Source: Candidatus Saccharimonadota bacterium
GTDB lineage: Bacteria > Patescibacteriota > Saccharimonadia > Saccharimonadales > SLHW01
NCBI GenBank assembly: GCA_050486305.1
Contig: JBJHDA010000001.1
Location: 179,071 to 243,070 of the forward strand
Reading direction: 5' to 3'
DNA length: 64,000 bases
In this document: piece after piece, positions 48,316 to 55,654 of the stretch
Numbering within the stretch: the stretch's first letter is position 1
Layout: each line of letters starts with the position of its first letter
Notes under the pieces: model-generated
Told to the model about the DNA's origin: nothing
Databases searched by the model: none
What the model saw: the letters and a program-made list of their open reading frames with translations, nothing else
Position numbers and translations under genes: made by a program

Positions 48316-49533
48316 CTATGTCTTGGAAAGATTACTGATTAATGCATCTATTATGAGCTTAATGCCGTGCCAGTCCTGCTCCTTGATTAAGTTATTATTC
48401 TTTTGCGCTGATTTTAGCTTATCTTTGAACGCTTGCTGTATCTTCGATTTCTCAAGGAGCTCCCCTTGATACTTACCAAGTTTATTCATGTACCCAGTCC
48501 ACTGGACTTGCCTGAATTCGCCTTTAGTGTTTTTGAGGGTATCTTCACCAAGGTAAAGTTCAATTGCTCCAGCCAGTCCGTTAATGTTCATTTTTGCGTT
48601 TCCATTGGGGCCTATTGTCGGATAGTTATTGGCCAATTCAATGTCAGGATAATGCATAACTCTGTAGTTTGCAGGCAGTGAGAATGTTTTTAACGCTGAA
48701 GTAGCCTCATGTGCAGCTGAATCATTATCAAAAATCGCTATAATCCTGTTTGATATGCCTGCTGCAGCAAAGCTTTTCAATGTTTTGACCAAAGCACTAG
48801 CTCCGCCTTCAGTTTTATAGTTAGTGTCAAGAAATTTAATATAGTTTGTGAGGTGTGGGTATAGAAGCTCAATCGACTCTTTCAGGACCCTACGATCAAA
48901 GACTCCTTCAGTAAGAACGATTGGCGGGGAGCTATATCGCTGCATATTACCTGCGGCCTCACCAAATTCAACCATGGAATCGTCATACCAGCCTTCATAG
49001 GCAAACTCGCTTACATCTAAAGTTACGTTTGACATGTCGTCAATATTTTTTAGGCTGTAATAGAGTGCAAAACAGGAATCATACTCTAGGATATCTAAAA
49101 GTTTTGTCTTATTCTCTTCAGAAAGCCTTTTATTGCCGTTATAGGAGCTTAAAAGCTCGCTAATCTGACGATTCTTTTCCGAATAGTATTCTTTTAAGAG
49201 TTTATCGTTAACGGAAGGGGCCCTTTCTAGCTCGTAGCCAGCAACCTCCTGAAGAAAAAGCCTAAAGGTTTCTTCGCTGTAGCCGAGCACATTCAAGCGC
49301 TCTTTTAGCTCCTTCGCCCTCCTAGCAAAAAACATAATAGAGAAGTTTTCTCCATCATCCTCATAGTCTTTATACGCATTTAATTTTCTATCTTTGATGA
49401 TGTTTATAGCTTCGTCGCCAGAGGCTTTAATGATGTCGTCTTTGCTAAATAGGCTCATTATCGAATAGTCTAAGTCATTCCGCCATTGGAACACCTCTTT
49501 ATCGTCTACATATAGATAAGCAAACACACTCAT
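48316..49533 (-). CDS. Toprim/DUF4435-like putative nuclease with unknown ~190-aa N-terminal domain
   Basis: 405 aa, ATGA overlap with the upstream gene. The C-terminal half has PPIVLTEGVFDRRVL (Toprim Glu) and RIIAIFDNDSAAHEA (DxD). No P-loop. Confidence 0.55.
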   Translation of the reverse strand: MSVFAYLYVDDKEVFQWRNDLDYSIMSLFSKDDIIKASGDEAINIIKDRKLNAYKDYEDDGENFSIMFFARRAKELKERLNVLGYSEETFRLFLQEVAGYELERAPSVNDKLLKEYYSEKNRQISELLSSYNGNKRLSEENKTKLLDILEYDSCFALYYSLKNIDDMSNVTLDVSEFAYEGWYDDSMVEFGEAAGNMQRYSSPPIVLTEGVFDRRVLKESIELLYPHLTNYIKFLDTNYKTEGGASALVKTLKSFAAAGISNRIIAIFDNDSAAHEATSALKTFSLPANYRVMHYPDIELANNYPTIGPNGNAKMNINGLAGAIELYLGEDTLKNTKGEFRQVQWTGYMNKLGKYQGELLEKSKIQQAFKDKLKSAQKNNNLIKEQDWHGIKLIIDALISNLSKT

Positions 49534-50705
49534 AAGTTAGCCCTATTCGATTTTTTGCTTAAAGGAGTGCGGTTTTTTTTGACGATTTTCTTTTTATTAT
49601 CGAGGATCAGTTTTTTCAGGTCTTCTTCAGATTCATACGCCTTTATTCGACCATTTAGGTACCCGAGTCGGTATGAAATACCGTCGCTCATAAGGCGCCA
49701 ATTGGTTTCTTGCAGGATATCGTTGACTAGCTTCTTTAAGGTTTTCCTGCTGTCGTAATCGGCTCGATCTGATTTACTGTCTAAGCAGCTGAAGCCTACA
49801 CGTACATCTTGTCCAATCTCTGGTTTATCGAGGGTAAACTCAATATACCCCGCTTCTTCAAGTGGTTCAGATAGTAGTGGTATCAGTTCAGCAATCTTTG
49901 GTTTTTTTATCTCTTTTACTGCGTCGTATATATGCTTGTTGTCTCGCTTTTCCTTCATCTCCTCGCCTAGTCGTGCCATAGTTTCGAAATCTCGTGTTAT
50001 TTTGAAGAGTCGCTCTCGGAATTCTTTGTCTTCGAGACAAAAATGATACCGGTCTTTATCGAAATCGGGGTCAGGCTTCTCTTCCCTACTTGAATAGCTC
50101 ATCTTCTCTTTAAAGCTATGACTGCAGTTAGTGCATGAGTATGTGATTGTGATTGATTTTTTGGTCTTGCTTGTTTTATGTGTCACCTCACTCTGACATT
50201 TCGGGCAAAGGGACGGCTTTACTTCCCGTGCTTCTCCGTCTTCCCAAAAAGCGCTGTTTTTCTCGCAGTGTTGACACCGAAGCATAAATAAAACTTCTTC
50301 GGGGTCGTCAAAATCGTATTCTTCGCCTCGGTGCATGAGAGATTTATCGATGATTCGCATCCCCTTCTTGTTGCAATGGCGGCAGTACGGTTCTTCCGAT
50401 AGTCGCGCGTTAGCTATCTGCTCGTCCTTCGCTTCGTCGCGAGCCATCCAATCATTGATTGTGTTTTCACGTTGTTCATAGCGGCGAAGCAACTTATTGC
50501 CGACCGTTTCCATGTAGAAGATATTCACCAAGAACGCATTGCCTGGCCTATCGATTTTCTCATTTTTGGGTAGTTTACTTTTAAATTCAGAGCAGAATTT
50601 ATCGTAATAAGCCTTGCCACGGCGAGCAGCATCGACAGTCAATCTGTCGTAGAGATATTCATAATGATGGCGTTCTTTTAAGTGCATATATACGTGAACA
50701 ATCAA
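49530..50705 (-). CDS. Double zinc-ribbon protein, unknown function
   Basis: 391 aa (TTG at 50705, or ATG at 50687). Four CxxC pairs: CRHC...CQHC and CPKC...CTNC. Charged helical C-terminal half. No NTPase motif. Abuts the effector stop codon. Confidence 0.6.
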   Translation of the reverse strand: MIVHVYMHLKERHHYEYLYDRLTVDAARRGKAYYDKFCSEFKSKLPKNEKIDRPGNAFLVNIFYMETVGNKLLRRYEQRENTINDWMARDEAKDEQIANARLSEEPYCRHCNKKGMRIIDKSLMHRGEEYDFDDPEEVLFMLRCQHCEKNSAFWEDGEAREVKPSLCPKCQSEVTHKTSKTKKSITITYSCTNCSHSFKEKMSYSSREEKPDPDFDKDRYHFCLEDKEFRERLFKITRDFETMARLGEEMKEKRDNKHIYDAVKEIKKPKIAELIPLLSEPLEEAGYIEFTLDKPEIGQDVRVGFSCLDSKSDRADYDSRKTLKKLVNDILQETNWRLMSDGISYRLGYLNGRIKAYESEEDLKKLILDNKKKIVKKNRTPLSKKSNRANL

Positions 50706-51224
50706 CTACATAAGATAAAGCCAGCTGAGTGAAACTGCTGCTGATGCTCCTCCAATAACGAAAAGCATCAGCGCATCATTAAAATGCTGGTGCTTGTTCG
50801 TAGCGATACACGCAGATACATGGACTTGAGAAAGCAGTTCCTCTTCATAGGCTTTACTCGTCAACGTCTTCATTTTCTTTTTATACGAAGTAAATGGCAT
50901 TTCTTTGATGTGGTTAAAGTACGTTAGTGATAACTGATCTTCAGTAATAGACTGCCCCTTGTTAGACAAACTCGAGCGTAAAGACCGCAAACACTTAAGT
51001 AGGCCGTATATCAAAAAAATATAAGCGAGCGTAATTAGTATCACTAGCAGGATTCCGACGTCCAGGTATTTTTCAGAGAGTTGCTGTAAAAAAAGTGGGG
51101 TAACGAATGCCATGAAGGCGCCCTGGAGAGCAAAAAATATTCCTAATTTTTGATCGACTGCTCTTATCCACTCGTGAATACGAGCTAGGTTCTTTTCGTA
51201 TACAGCAACTTTATCAAATGTCAT
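50706..51224 (-). CDS. Pycsar-type transmembrane effector-like protein (3 TM)
   Basis: 172 aa, ATGA overlap with the cyclase gene. N-terminus ARIHEWIRAVDQKLGIFFALQGAF (the x-D-x-K-then-TM pattern recalled for Pycsar TM effectors), two central TM and one C-terminal TM. Confidence 0.6.
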   Translation of the reverse strand: MTFDKVAVYEKNLARIHEWIRAVDQKLGIFFALQGAFMAFVTPLFLQQLSEKYLDVGILLVILITLAYIFLIYGLLKCLRSLRSSLSNKGQSITEDQLSLTYFNHIKEMPFTSYKKKMKTLTSKAYEEELLSQVHVSACIATNKHQHFNDALMLFVIGGASAAVSLSWLYLM

Positions 51225-52057
51225 GACAGCATACCGTCCTGTACTTTATCTTTACATATGTCGCACCATAGTCCTGGTGCGTAATAAACCCTATCATCTT
51301 TAATATCATCGTTAGTACTAGTGTCAAAGCTTTGCCACAATTCTGAGTCGGGTTGTGGGTTTCCTGCTAGGTCATGACCGCAATGCATAATCGCATACCT
51401 ATGCTTTGTGTTGAGTGCTCTATAGGTAGCTTCCGAGATTACTAGCATTGAACCTTTGGTTGGGTCAAAATACCTATCAACCTCGTAGATGTCTTTAGAT
51501 AATGATGCGACTTTTGCTGCGTTATTTATCAAGCGCCCCGCCCAAACTTCATTATTGTTGCGCGGTCCTCTTTTGCCCATTCGTTTAACAAGCAGTTTAT
51601 CGATACTTATTCCTGCCTTGAAGTTAAATACATGTTGCTCATCTTGGAATTTTGGCCTGATATGTTTTCGGAAAAAACTACTGAAGGTTAACGCAGCAAC
51701 TAAAGCGCGAAAAGGTGCATCTTCTCCTTCAAAAATTCCAAATGCACCGTCTCCCTTGATGTCTATATATTCAGCTTCAATGCCTTCGAGCGAAAGAACA
51801 TCTATCAGCGTTTGAGTGAAGTAATCATAAATTTTTGCCATTGTTTTAGAGTGTTTTTTGTAAGACATCTTCGAGGAACGATCAAGATCAATAAATAAGC
51901 AAACAAACTTTTCATCACCGCCTACCCATACTGGCGATTCAAGATATGATTCTTCATAGATTCGCTTTATAGAACTTATTTCTTCGATGCGAAAATTATC
52001 GTATCGATATTCTGCTTTGTTTTTTAAGTCTTTATTGATATCGTCGATTGGTTTCAT
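51221..52057 (-). CDS. Class III nucleotide cyclase-like protein (Pycsar PycC-like candidate)
   Basis: 278 aa. FVCLFIDLDRSS (metal Asp strand), IDIKGDGAFGIFEG (K-x-GD), NEVWAGRLINNAAKVAS (G-x-x-V/I-N-x-A-x-R/K-like). Cys/His-rich C-terminus HCGHD...WCDICKDK. Confidence 0.6.
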   Translation of the reverse strand: MKPIDDINKDLKNKAEYRYDNFRIEEISSIKRIYEESYLESPVWVGGDEKFVCLFIDLDRSSKMSYKKHSKTMAKIYDYFTQTLIDVLSLEGIEAEYIDIKGDGAFGIFEGEDAPFRALVAALTFSSFFRKHIRPKFQDEQHVFNFKAGISIDKLLVKRMGKRGPRNNNEVWAGRLINNAAKVASLSKDIYEVDRYFDPTKGSMLVISEATYRALNTKHRYAIMHCGHDLAGNPQPDSELWQSFDTSTNDDIKDDRVYYAPGLWCDICKDKVQDGMLS

Positions 52058-52070
52058 ACTAGTCCTTTAG

Positions 52071-52703
52071 CTATATAGTATTCCTTGATGGTCCTGTTAG
52101 CACCTGAACCACCCTCCCTACAATCACTGCGTCCGACTGATCTTCTTCGTGAAGAAAAATAGGGCCAAAATCTTCGGAGGATTCTGAAATTAAGGCAACT
52201 TGATTGTTCAGTGGGTCTGGGTAGAACTTTTTTATATTCGCCATCCCATCGACAACAGCAACGACGTAGTCACCCTCGACTGGCTGGAATGACTTGCTGT
52301 CAACTACGACAAAGTCACCATCATTTATTGGCTCGCCTTGTACTCTTGCCCTATTCATAGACATGCCTTTGGCCCTAAGAGCGAAAAGATCGGTTCGATT
52401 GTTTGTTCGTAAAAGCTTAGAGGATACTTTTAGGTGTCCTTGAACTCTTTCATCTGCAAATATGTCAGCAGGACCACAGTTAGCTGAACCTACTATAGGT
52501 ATAGCCACGAGCTCAAAATTTCTGTTTGTGTTTTCCGCCATACCGTATGAGAGCATAAAACCTTTAGCCTTCAGCTTGTCAAGGTGATATTTAATAATCT
52601 GAGGACTCTTAGCTCCGACTTTTTCTGCTAGTTCACTCAAACTGTAACGTTCGATGCTTTCTTCCCTCGCTATATTAAGTAGCTTTTCCTGTATTCTATG
52701 CAT
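52071..52703 (-). CDS. LexA/S24-family repressor-peptidase (wHTH + S24 domain)
   Basis: Trimmed to MHRIQEKLLNIAREE...LSELAEKVGAKSPQIIKYHLDKLKAKGF (wHTH). C-terminus LRAKGMSMN (Ser) ...GDFVVVD...VAVVDGMANIKKF (Lys). Confidence 0.75.
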   Translation of the reverse strand: MHRIQEKLLNIAREESIERYSLSELAEKVGAKSPQIIKYHLDKLKAKGFMLSYGMAENTNRNFELVAIPIVGSANCGPADIFADERVQGHLKVSSKLLRTNNRTDLFALRAKGMSMNRARVQGEPINDGDFVVVDSKSFQPVEGDYVVAVVDGMANIKKFYPDPLNNQVALISESSEDFGPIFLHEEDQSDAVIVGRVVQVLTGPSRNTI

Positions 52704-52709
52704 ATATCG

Positions 52710-52718
52710 ATTATAACA
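52710..52718 (-). promoter_or_regulatory. Extended -10 (TGtTATAAT) 6 nt upstream of the repressor ATG; leaderless-type promoter
   Basis: The minus strand reads TGTTATAAT-CGATAT-ATG. Confidence 0.45.
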
Positions 52719-52892
52719 CAGTAAAGTTTTACGAACGTTGTACATAAAACTATTTTAAAACTACAACTCGTAGCGTATAGTGCAGACATCAGGACGCTAT
52801 ATGTGTGGTCTTGAAATAAAAATTAATGCGAAAGCAAAGGCAAACAAGTATTTACTCTATGCGTTGGCCTTTCAATATAAGGAGGGTACGTT

Positions 52893-53222
52893 ATGTACCA
52901 AAAATTACAAAATATAAACAAGAACAATGACAGGAATACTACGCCTTTTTTGACCAGGCTTGTCGTTTGGCAGAAATCGGCTGTAGTGCCTGGGTTAAAC
53001 CCATCCACCTGGCGAAAAGATCCTTGCGGTGCTTTGATGAGATGGGATCTTTACGGTGATACAACTCCAGGCGGTTTTGGCTGGGAGGTTGACCATAGGA
53101 TTCCGATTGCTGGTGGCGGCGGAAACAGTATTGCCAATCTTCAGGCACTTCAGTGGCAAAATAATCGAAGCAAAGGTCGCAGTAGTTCACAGGGTTACTG
53201 CGTCATTACCTACAGGAGCTGA
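52893..53222 (+). CDS. HNH endonuclease
   Basis: 109 aa. Strong SD AAGGAGGG. WEVDHRIPIAGGGGNSIANLQALQWQNNRSKG (H-N-N/H pattern). Confidence 0.75.
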   Translation: MYQKLQNINKNNDRNTTPFLTRLVVWQKSAVVPGLNPSTWRKDPCGALMRWDLYGDTTPGGFGWEVDHRIPIAGGGGNSIANLQALQWQNNRSKGRSSSQGYCVITYRS

Positions 53223-53224
53223 CC

Positions 53225-53689
53225 ATGTCAAAAGTAAAAAAGTCAAAAACGAATGTGGCAGGCCTCAGCGCTGTTTACAGTGGCGTACTGCAAAACCTAT
53301 CAATGATGCAGTCTGCCGACAATGCCATAGAATCAAAAGCCAGTGGTGTCGTTGCTTTTTCATTAACAGCCATTGCGTTATTGGTAAGCAATATCCAGGA
53401 GTGGCATCTTATTGCTGTATCAAGCTTATTCATTTTGATCGCAGCACTTTATTTGGGTGTTTGGTGTCTGCGTATACGAAATTACCGTAGCGCAACCGTT
53501 GTCTTTGAGGATAATCCCGATTATTTCAGCAAAGACAGCGAACAGCTCGTGAAGCAATTAATATCAGATGCTGAAGGAGCTAACACCGATGCGTCAGCCA
53601 TTCTTGATAAAAAATCATTAGCTTTCCGGCGGGCGCTTATATTATTCGTGGTCGGTACTTTAGTCGGTATATTTTCACTTAATTTTTAA
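53225..53689 (+). CDS. 3-TM protein resembling the Pycsar-type effector at 50706..51224
   Basis: 154 aa, starts 2 nt after the HNH stop. Same layout as the effector: polar N-terminus with D-x-x-x-x-K, two TM, CLRxxxxRS after TM2 (WCLRIRNYRS vs KCLRSLRS), C-terminal F-x-x-AL-x-LFV-x-G TM. Confidence 0.5.
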   Translation: MSKVKKSKTNVAGLSAVYSGVLQNLSMMQSADNAIESKASGVVAFSLTAIALLVSNIQEWHLIAVSSLFILIAALYLGVWCLRIRNYRSATVVFEDNPDYFSKDSEQLVKQLISDAEGANTDASAILDKKSLAFRRALILFVVGTLVGIFSLNF

Positions 53690-53713
53690 CTCGTAGCAAT
53701 ATAAGGAGCAGCA

Positions 53714-53854
53714 ATGTCAGAAAAATCACCAAAGCAGAATCCCCTACCGAAGCCGAACAAGACTCGTGTATACAAAGGCACAGGAAGGCCAGCCGTGCGG
53801 CAACCACTTCCGCCACCTAATCGGACTAGACCATATCGTAAGGGCTTGAGGTAA
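53714..53854 (+). CDS. Possible 46-aa basic Pro-rich micro-protein
   Basis: Below the ORF-track cutoff. AAGGAG 5 nt upstream of the ATG. Translation MSEKSPKQNPLPKPNKTRVYKGTGRPAVRQPLPPPNRTRPYRKGLR. Confidence 0.3.
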   Translation: MSEKSPKQNPLPKPNKTRVYKGTGRPAVRQPLPPPNRTRPYRKGLR

Positions 53855-53866
53855 TCATTCACACCT

Positions 53867-54310
53867 ATGGCGGCACCGAAGGTAAGAAGAATTCTAAAGC
53901 GTTTATTGCAAGATCCTGAATTTCAGGAGTTATCTGCCAAGGCTCAGGCTGATCCGAAGAACGTAAAGCAATACGTCATGCAGGCTCGAAAGAGATTCAA
54001 TCTATCACCCTACTGGGAAATTTTACTCGAACATATCCTAATACTCGGTAGTTTTAACGAAAAAATTTTACACAGCGGCTTAGCGATCGAGCGCAGTCAT
54101 GACCCTGTCACAGGTCGCGAATACTTTAAGATCGTCGTCTTCCCGGAAACAACACAAAAAGAAGTAGTTGCTACATACGGTCGCATTACAAAGCAGTATC
54201 AGCAAAGCGAGCAAACTATTGATGTGCGCTCAGCCAAACGTGATGAAGTCGAGTATCGTGCGCTCCAGCTTCATTTAAAAGGAAAAAACAAGGCACATCA
54301 AGCGTGGTAA
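53867..54310 (+). CDS. Hypothetical protein
   Basis: 147-aa ORF with no recognisable motif. Confidence 0.45.
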   Translation: MAAPKVRRILKRLLQDPEFQELSAKAQADPKNVKQYVMQARKRFNLSPYWEILLEHILILGSFNEKILHSGLAIERSHDPVTGREYFKIVVFPETTQKEVVATYGRITKQYQQSEQTIDVRSAKRDEVEYRALQLHLKGKNKAHQAW

Positions 54311-54758
54311 CTGGGGCTCGAAGCAGTTTGCCTTCAAGGGTCTTCTCAAATGCGGCAGCTGTGGTGCTGATGTCATTGGTGAGGAAAAGTTCAAAAGACT
54401 AAAAAGCGGTGATGTGAATCGTCATGTGTACTATCGCTGTACTAAGCGAAAAGATCCGAATTGCCCAGAGCGATATATCAACGAAAAAGTATTATGCGAA
54501 ACGCTGATGCAATTTATAGAGAAAGAAGCCGATAATTTGGATATAAGCAGTTCCCTGCGTGCAAAGGTAGAGCAACACACGGAAGCCACACGGTCATTGC
54601 TTGACCATTATAGTGTGAAGGTCAGCCTAGCCAACCCTTTGAGCGAATACGCCCGCTATGTACTCACAAAAGGCATCGAAAAGGATAGGCATGAGCTGGC
54701 CAAGGGCATACAGCAACGGCTTCTATTCAAGAACGGGAAGTTAAAGATCAAAGGCTAA
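54279..54758 (+). pseudogene. Truncated large serine recombinase (only zinc-ribbon + coiled-coil C-terminal part)
   Basis: The frame is open from 54279 (TAA at 54276). Reads ...KRGNWGSKQFAFKGLLKCGSCGADVIGEEKFKRLKSGDVNRHVYYRCTKRKDPNCPERYINEKVL..., the recombinase zinc beta-ribbon pattern. The resolvase catalytic and recombinase domains are missing, and there is no ATG before the GTG at 54414. Confidence 0.6.
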
Positions 54759-54761
54759 CTA

Positions 54762-55142
54762 CTATTGAGTTAGTTGAATGACAATCATTGTTCCGGCTAC
54801 AAGTGCGACAATCGGGAAAATTAGATATAAAACGATAGCTCTAGCTGCACTTCCTATTCTAGAGCTTATTGCTTTCCTGTCTTTATCGGAAATTGCAATT
54901 TTTTCTCCTTTTTCCGTGAGCTCCAAGCCCTTGAATTTATAGCTCCAGTCTCCGATTGATATGCCTCCAGAAACACTTCTCGTTATTGCAAGATTCTTGC
55001 TTATAAGATAGCTCACGGTATTTTCACCATACGCATCAATTGCTGAATCATACCTGTAGCCAGTGCTGGAGTTGTCTAATATTGTGTCTGCGCACTCAAT
55101 AGCTTTTCTGTTTTTAGCATAGTGGTATAGCCTCTTTATCAT
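54762..55142 (-). CDS. Hypothetical tail-anchored membrane protein
   Basis: 126-aa ORF with C-terminal TM AIVLYLIFPIVALVAGTMIVI. Confidence 0.45.
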   Translation of the reverse strand: MIKRLYHYAKNRKAIECADTILDNSSTGYRYDSAIDAYGENTVSYLISKNLAITRSVSGGISIGDWSYKFKGLELTEKGEKIAISDKDRKAISSRIGSAARAIVLYLIFPIVALVAGTMIVIQLTQ

Positions 55143-55400
55143 AATGTGTACATTCTAATATTAATTACATTATTATCTATATCTATTATATAAAATCTTT
55201 TTTAACGGGGGCTGGTAAAGCAACAAGGTCTGCTTTATGCTCACTGGATAGTCATGAGCTAGAGCAGTCTAAGTCGGAACGGAATTACGGAGGTTAGAGT
55301 GCTAGCTGCGTAATGTTTACTGGTTCTAGCACAGCTAGCCACTTATTTTATGATTATGGCAATCGGTCATGAACCCGGTAACAGATGAGGGGTCATTTGA

Positions 55401-55435
55401 CAAAAATGAAAAGACCAGGTCTAGTAACCTGGTCT
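55401..55435 (-). terminator. Rho-independent terminator after tRNA-Asn
   Basis: AGACCAGGT-CTAGTA-ACCTGGTCT 9-bp stem, followed on the minus strand by TTTTCATTTTTG; 21 nt downstream of the tRNA. Confidence 0.65.
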
Positions 55436-55456
55436 ACCTCTGTTGATGCTGAGTTT

Positions 55457-55531
55457 GGCTCCCGGGGCCGGACTCGAACCGGCAACCTATGCGTTAACAG
55501 CGCACCGCTCTACCATTGAGCTACCCGGGAA
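55457..55531 (-). tRNA. tRNA-Asn (anticodon GUU), CCA encoded
   Basis: Reverse complement TCCCGGGTAGCTCAATGGTAGAGCGGTGCGCTGTTAACGCATAGGTTGCCGGTTCGAGTCCGGCCCCGGGAGCCA. Anticodon loop CT-GTT-AA; clean cloverleaf. Confidence 0.95.
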
Positions 55532-55654
55532 TATCGTTATTAGACTGCTGAATTATACCGAACTGTTTGGATTACTTCAAACAGTTCTTAGCGTATAGCA
55601 AATGCGGGGACACTGGCAAGACAGCTATATGCTGTTCAGCGTAGCTATTATTTA

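Larger units (their letters stand above)
46549..55400. mobile_element. Probable decayed integrative genomic island carrying defence-type genes, adjacent to tRNA-Asn
   Basis: Visibly AT-richer than the flanks. Bounded by tRNA-Asn on one side and a tRNA-3'-like fragment on the other. Contains a truncated large serine recombinase and a run of nuclease/cyclase/helicase genes, with no housekeeping genes. Confidence 0.5.

Noticed and set aside
46617-55142. Intact prophage.
   Set aside because: No capsid, tail, terminase, portal or lysis genes are recognisable. The only recombinase is a C-terminal stump. The region is better described as a decayed island.
55201-55400. tmRNA candidate, because of GGGGCTGG near 55207 and smpB 4.5 kb away.
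   Set aside because: No tRNA-like 3' end (T-arm + ...CCACCA), no plausible tag reading frame, and no matching acceptor pairing. The short smpB-upstream gap 60301..60385 also holds only a promoter-like sequence.
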